Shown: positions 59,461 to 64,000 of the stretch, in pieces | Layout: each line of letters opens with the position of its first letter | How positions within the stretch are numbered: the first letter of the stretch is position 1 | NCBI RefSeq assembly: GCF_009914755.1 | Contig: NC_060927.1 | DNA from: the human T2T-CHM13v2.0 reference genome, Homo sapiens | Length of the DNA stretch: 64,000 nucleotides | Strand: one strand, 5' to 3' | The notes under the pieces: model-generated | Seen by the model: only the letters and a program-made list of their open reading frames with translations | Database searches by the model: none | What the model was told of the DNA's origin: nothing | Made by a program: the position numbers and the translations under genes

Positions 59461-60222
59461 TGGCTACAGTTGCAGCCTGTACACACAATCCAGGCACCTT
59501 GGCAATAGGAAACATTCCACTTCTATACCTAATGCATACATCTTTAAAATATGCATGAGTTAAATGCGTAAAATCCAAGCAACAGACTTAAATATTATGA
59601 AGATTTCCTTTCTCAAAGAGCTAAAAAATAAATGTGTACACAAACGTCAGTGGTGTAATTTCTAGCATTGCACATATAGTTTGAATTTTGTTCATTTCCT
59701 TCACAGTTGAGCGTCTTAACTCAAGTATTCAATTGAAGCCAAAAATCTCTCTGACATGCTCAATGATTTACTTTTTATCTCTTTGACGTGCCTAATGATT
59801 TCCATCTTTTTTTGGATTGTGCTTATGAAATCTATACATCTTATCACTAGCATCAGCACATTCACTTTTCTATTTTCAGATATCTGAATGAAATTGTAAG
59901 TGCAAAATATTTTAAACATTCAAATAATTGAATAAATTCTGCTATGCAAAGATGTCAATGCAGGGGAAATTCAATTCTTGCTCAGTGGGTTCTATTACCA
60001 CATTGAAATACTCATTCATTGCCTGAATTATGAAAGTCCAGATTAAGTATATATGGTCAATGTATATTGATAGAGGGTAGCAATTGTACAAATATCAAAC
60101 ATGACAAAACTTGAGAATTACTGTATTTGCTTCTCAGCTTCACAGTAGATTAGAAATAAGAAGTAGCAGCTGGCAGTCTGACATTACAGGCTGAAAGAGA
60201 GATGCTACAAAAATCAAACACT

Positions 60223-60554
<332 letters not shown>

Positions 60555-61149
60555 TCATATCAATCTAGCAATATTTTATAGAGAGTATTTCCTTACAGAC
60601 CTGGGGAGAGCACTAATAATTAATTTATAAGAATAATTCGGTTATAGCAAAGCAATTTATTTGTTTTTCTGTTTAAAATGCAGATAAGTGTTTAAAGCAT
60701 TTTAGAAAGATCTCTGTTAAAGAAATGAGATTGGTCACCTAAAAAGGTTAATTCTCCTTCTAAAGGAAATTCATGTAGGCAGCAGAAGAAAGAGAAAGAT
60801 AAGGAGCAATTTCTAGAACTGCTAATCATACTTTCTGCATAGATACTTCTTTCTAATAAATTGGATTCCTATACCTCAACTGTCCCCAAGATAGAGGAAA
60901 GTCTAGGAAGAAGACGTTAATTTGGGGCCACTTATGCAGGATGGTGAGAGTTAATTCCACCTATCTTTTCCCTACTCACCTTCCAGTGATGCGGGAAGGA
61001 GCCTTGGTATGATCATTTACATCATAGAGGTCAGCAAAAGCTATGAATCAGCACCCCCAACCTTCGAGCTAGTTAAAAATTCACCAGCACATCCTTGACT
61101 TGGGGCTCCTGTTTCTTTTCCTGATCTTAGCTCCCCTGGTGATTCTTTT

Positions 61150-62045
61150 AAACAAACTTCTTAATTATAGGAAATTGCAAATACATATACAAAGGTAGGC
61201 AGAGTAGGGTAATAAACTCCCAGTATCCATCACCCAGTTTTAATAATTATTAATTCATAAACAATATTATTTCATTTCAACCGCACTCACTTGTCTCTTC
61301 CCCAGGTTATTTCAAAACATACCCCAGACATTATACCATTTCGTCTGTAAACATTTCTAAAAGATAAAGACCTTTATAAAACTCTAACTACATGCCATTA
61401 TCACTCAAAAAATGATGATACATTTTAATATGTTCAAATATCCATTCAGTGTTTAACTTCCCAAATGTCTCATAAAAATTTAAAAAATAGTTTCATATTT
61501 AATCAGAAACTTAAAATAATGTACACACATTGTAATTGATGTATCTTTCAAGTTTCTTTTTGTCTACAGGTTCCCTCTGTATTTTTTTTAACCTCCTTTG
61601 TATTTCTTTGTGGAGGAAATCAGGTTGTTTGTCCTGTAGAATTTCCCTACATTCCAGCATTCAGGATTTTGCCGACTGTATCCACTGCGTTCTTTTGTCA
61701 TTTGTATTTGCTATAAATTGGTAGTTGGATCTAGAGGCTTGAAACAATTCAGTTTCGATTTTTATAGTAAGGATACTTCAGAGACAGTGGTGTATTCTTC
61801 TGTCAGGGAGCACATACTGTCCGATTACCTGCCCTTTTGTCACGTTAAAAGGAATTGGCACACATTGCTTATATTTGTTAATTAACTAGAGATTCCAAAA
61901 AGAATATTCCAATTGTCTTATTCCTTCTCCATTTCTTAGCTGAAATACCTCCATATGTTGAGAGAAATTTACCCTCTTTTAGTTCATAAGAAGCACAGTT
62001 TGTTTAGGAAAGTCAGGATTCTACCAAATACTTGATTCTTCCCAA
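61150..62045 (-). mobile_element. L1MC4/5-type 3' UTR
   Basis: ggaaattgcaaatacatatacaaaggtag...tatccatcacccagtttt...ccccagacatt...ggttgtttgtcctgtagaatttccc...ggatctagaggcttga. Confidence 0.8.
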
Positions 62046-64000
62046 TGCTTTGGAAACTGGATAAGCCACTACCCTTCCCATTTACTTGTTCAGATCAGAG
62101 GTACAACATCCTTATTTTGTTCCTACTGTCCCTTAAAAACTTTTTTTAGCCATATAAGTGTCTCCCTTTTGTTTATTATTCTCCAAGACACTTAACAACA
62201 CTCTTTGTTAGAAGAACATACTTAATTTTGAGGTGTGTAAGATGGCATATAAAAAAGGATTGCTGTAAATACCCCAAAGTTAAATTGTTTATCTAAAACT
62301 TATGAGAATCATTTAGTTAGGAAAGAGTACCAAAAATCACATGAGAATGGAGAGAAGTTCTGAATTGATTTGACTTGTGTGTGGTTATCACTATATTAAA
62401 TAACAAATTTTAAATATAATAAACTAATACTTCAACTTAAATAACTAAAAATATTCATTATTGGTAGAAATCTGTAAATACAATTCAATATTGGCAGAAA
62501 ACCTGAAGGCATTTTTGTTTGAATTGGCATTCTAATTTCTAGTTAGGCTTTAGAAACACCTCATCTTTTTAAGAAGGAACAATTGTTCCTGCTCCAATTT
62601 CTTCAAAATTTCCTTTGTACCAGATATTGACCTCTTACCAGGTATTGACCAGCTTGATTACTTGAAACCGTTGTTCTGAATGCTAATTCTCTTTACATCC
62701 ATGGCCAAGAAGTAGTGTCTTTGAATTTGAAATTCATGGGTAGATTACATGAAACATCCACTTCAATTTCGAAGCTTAATTAATATTCCTATTACCTTGT
62801 AAATTTGTTTTTGAAGGAAAAGATACGGTTCATGGTAGAGGTAATTTAATTAATATCACAAATATTCAGCAAATAGTAAAGAGGTTATTTTTGCTGTTGG
62901 TCATATCGCAATTTATCTTTCTAGTGTTTCTGTGTGTATTTATGTGTATGTGTGTGCCTTTTTCTAAAAAAAGTTTTCTCTCCTTAATCTCACCAATCTG
63001 CTTATTTTAAGGAATTGTAACTTGTGCAGACCTTTTAAGTTTACTGAGACCAGATACCATTTATATAAACCTTTTAAAGATCCACAATTCTCAGGTGAGT
63101 AAGTCTTATGTGCTGAAAGGAGAGAGATTTGAGCTTTGTGAGGTCATTTTTTGACACAGGATAAATGCTCGAGAAATATTTATTGATTGAATACAATTTA
63201 AAATCTGATCGATTTCTTGATATAACATTTGGAGCGACTATGGCTGCTGAAGTGTCATCATAGAAATTTGGTTTTCAAGCAAACAATTCTCTTTTCTCTT
63301 CCTCTCCCCACCAACTCCTACCCCCCCTCTCTTCTTCCCCATTCTACCAATCTCAATTTTATCTTTCTTTCTTAATAAAAGATCCACACTTAGAAGAAAA
63401 AACCAATAACTAAATGTGATTTCAGTCTTTTCCCACCCCTCCTGTCAGCTTGGCATTTTGTTAAATGTTACTACTTTTCACTTTCAAAAAGATTTAGCCA
63501 ACAGCATTCAATCTACTTTCTACCAGGTAAAACTTGCCCACCCCCTAACCTTTAGGTCATTTCAATCATGTTATTTCTCCCATAATGCTAGAAGTAATGG
63601 AGTAGACATGAAGTGAAAGTAGAAGTTATATAGCTCTTTCTTTTGTTTGCTTGTCTCTAACTACCTTAAACTACTTCCTTCTAGTCTTTGTAACAACAGG
63701 ACAAAATGGTTCTATCTAAGTGGTCCCAAAGCCAGCCAGACGTCTGTAACCTATTTTTATGACCTTTCTCTCATCAGTAATTGTTCAGCAATTTGCGCCT
63801 AAAGAAGCCTTATGGCCCCCAGTGCCTGCATAAGATATGGTGAAACTTGCTTGAGGGCTAGCTCTGGCGATTATCACATACCAAGATCTTACAGGTCACC
63901 CAAATGCAAGAGGCTTAAAATACTTTAAAATATTTGAATAGTGAAGTGATGAACATGTTGTTAGAATGATCCTTTAATTTCATTTTAATGAGGATCCACT

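Overview
Primate (human-like) non-coding genomic DNA, AT-rich and CpG-depleted. No intact protein-coding gene is recognisable. The long ORFs in the track are L1 ORF2 remnants, Alu- or LTR-derived frames, low-complexity sequence or unrecognised frames. Much of the window is interspersed repeat: about 16 Alus, several truncated L1s, MaLR LTRs (THE1, MST, MLT1), a MER21 fragment, Tigger3b, MER5, and many MIR and L2 relics. The main discovery is at ~790-2210 (+). With an inserted AluJ removed, the unique sequence translates, through stops and frameshifts, into a protein colinear with most of the bornavirus nucleoprotein. This points to an old, degenerate endogenous bornavirus-like N (EBLN) element ending in an A-rich tail. 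The alignment was done by eye against BoDV-1 N recalled from memory and needs tBLASTn/HMM confirmation. Other notable items are an isolated CpG-rich patch with a perfect NRF1 palindrome, an LTR fragment apparently retroposed by L1 (poly-A plus long TSD), a MaLR provirus with mismatched LTRs and nested insertions, a templated insertion copied from 2.2 kb away, and a tandem duplication spanning an Alu junction. Repeat subfamily names are by-eye approximations.
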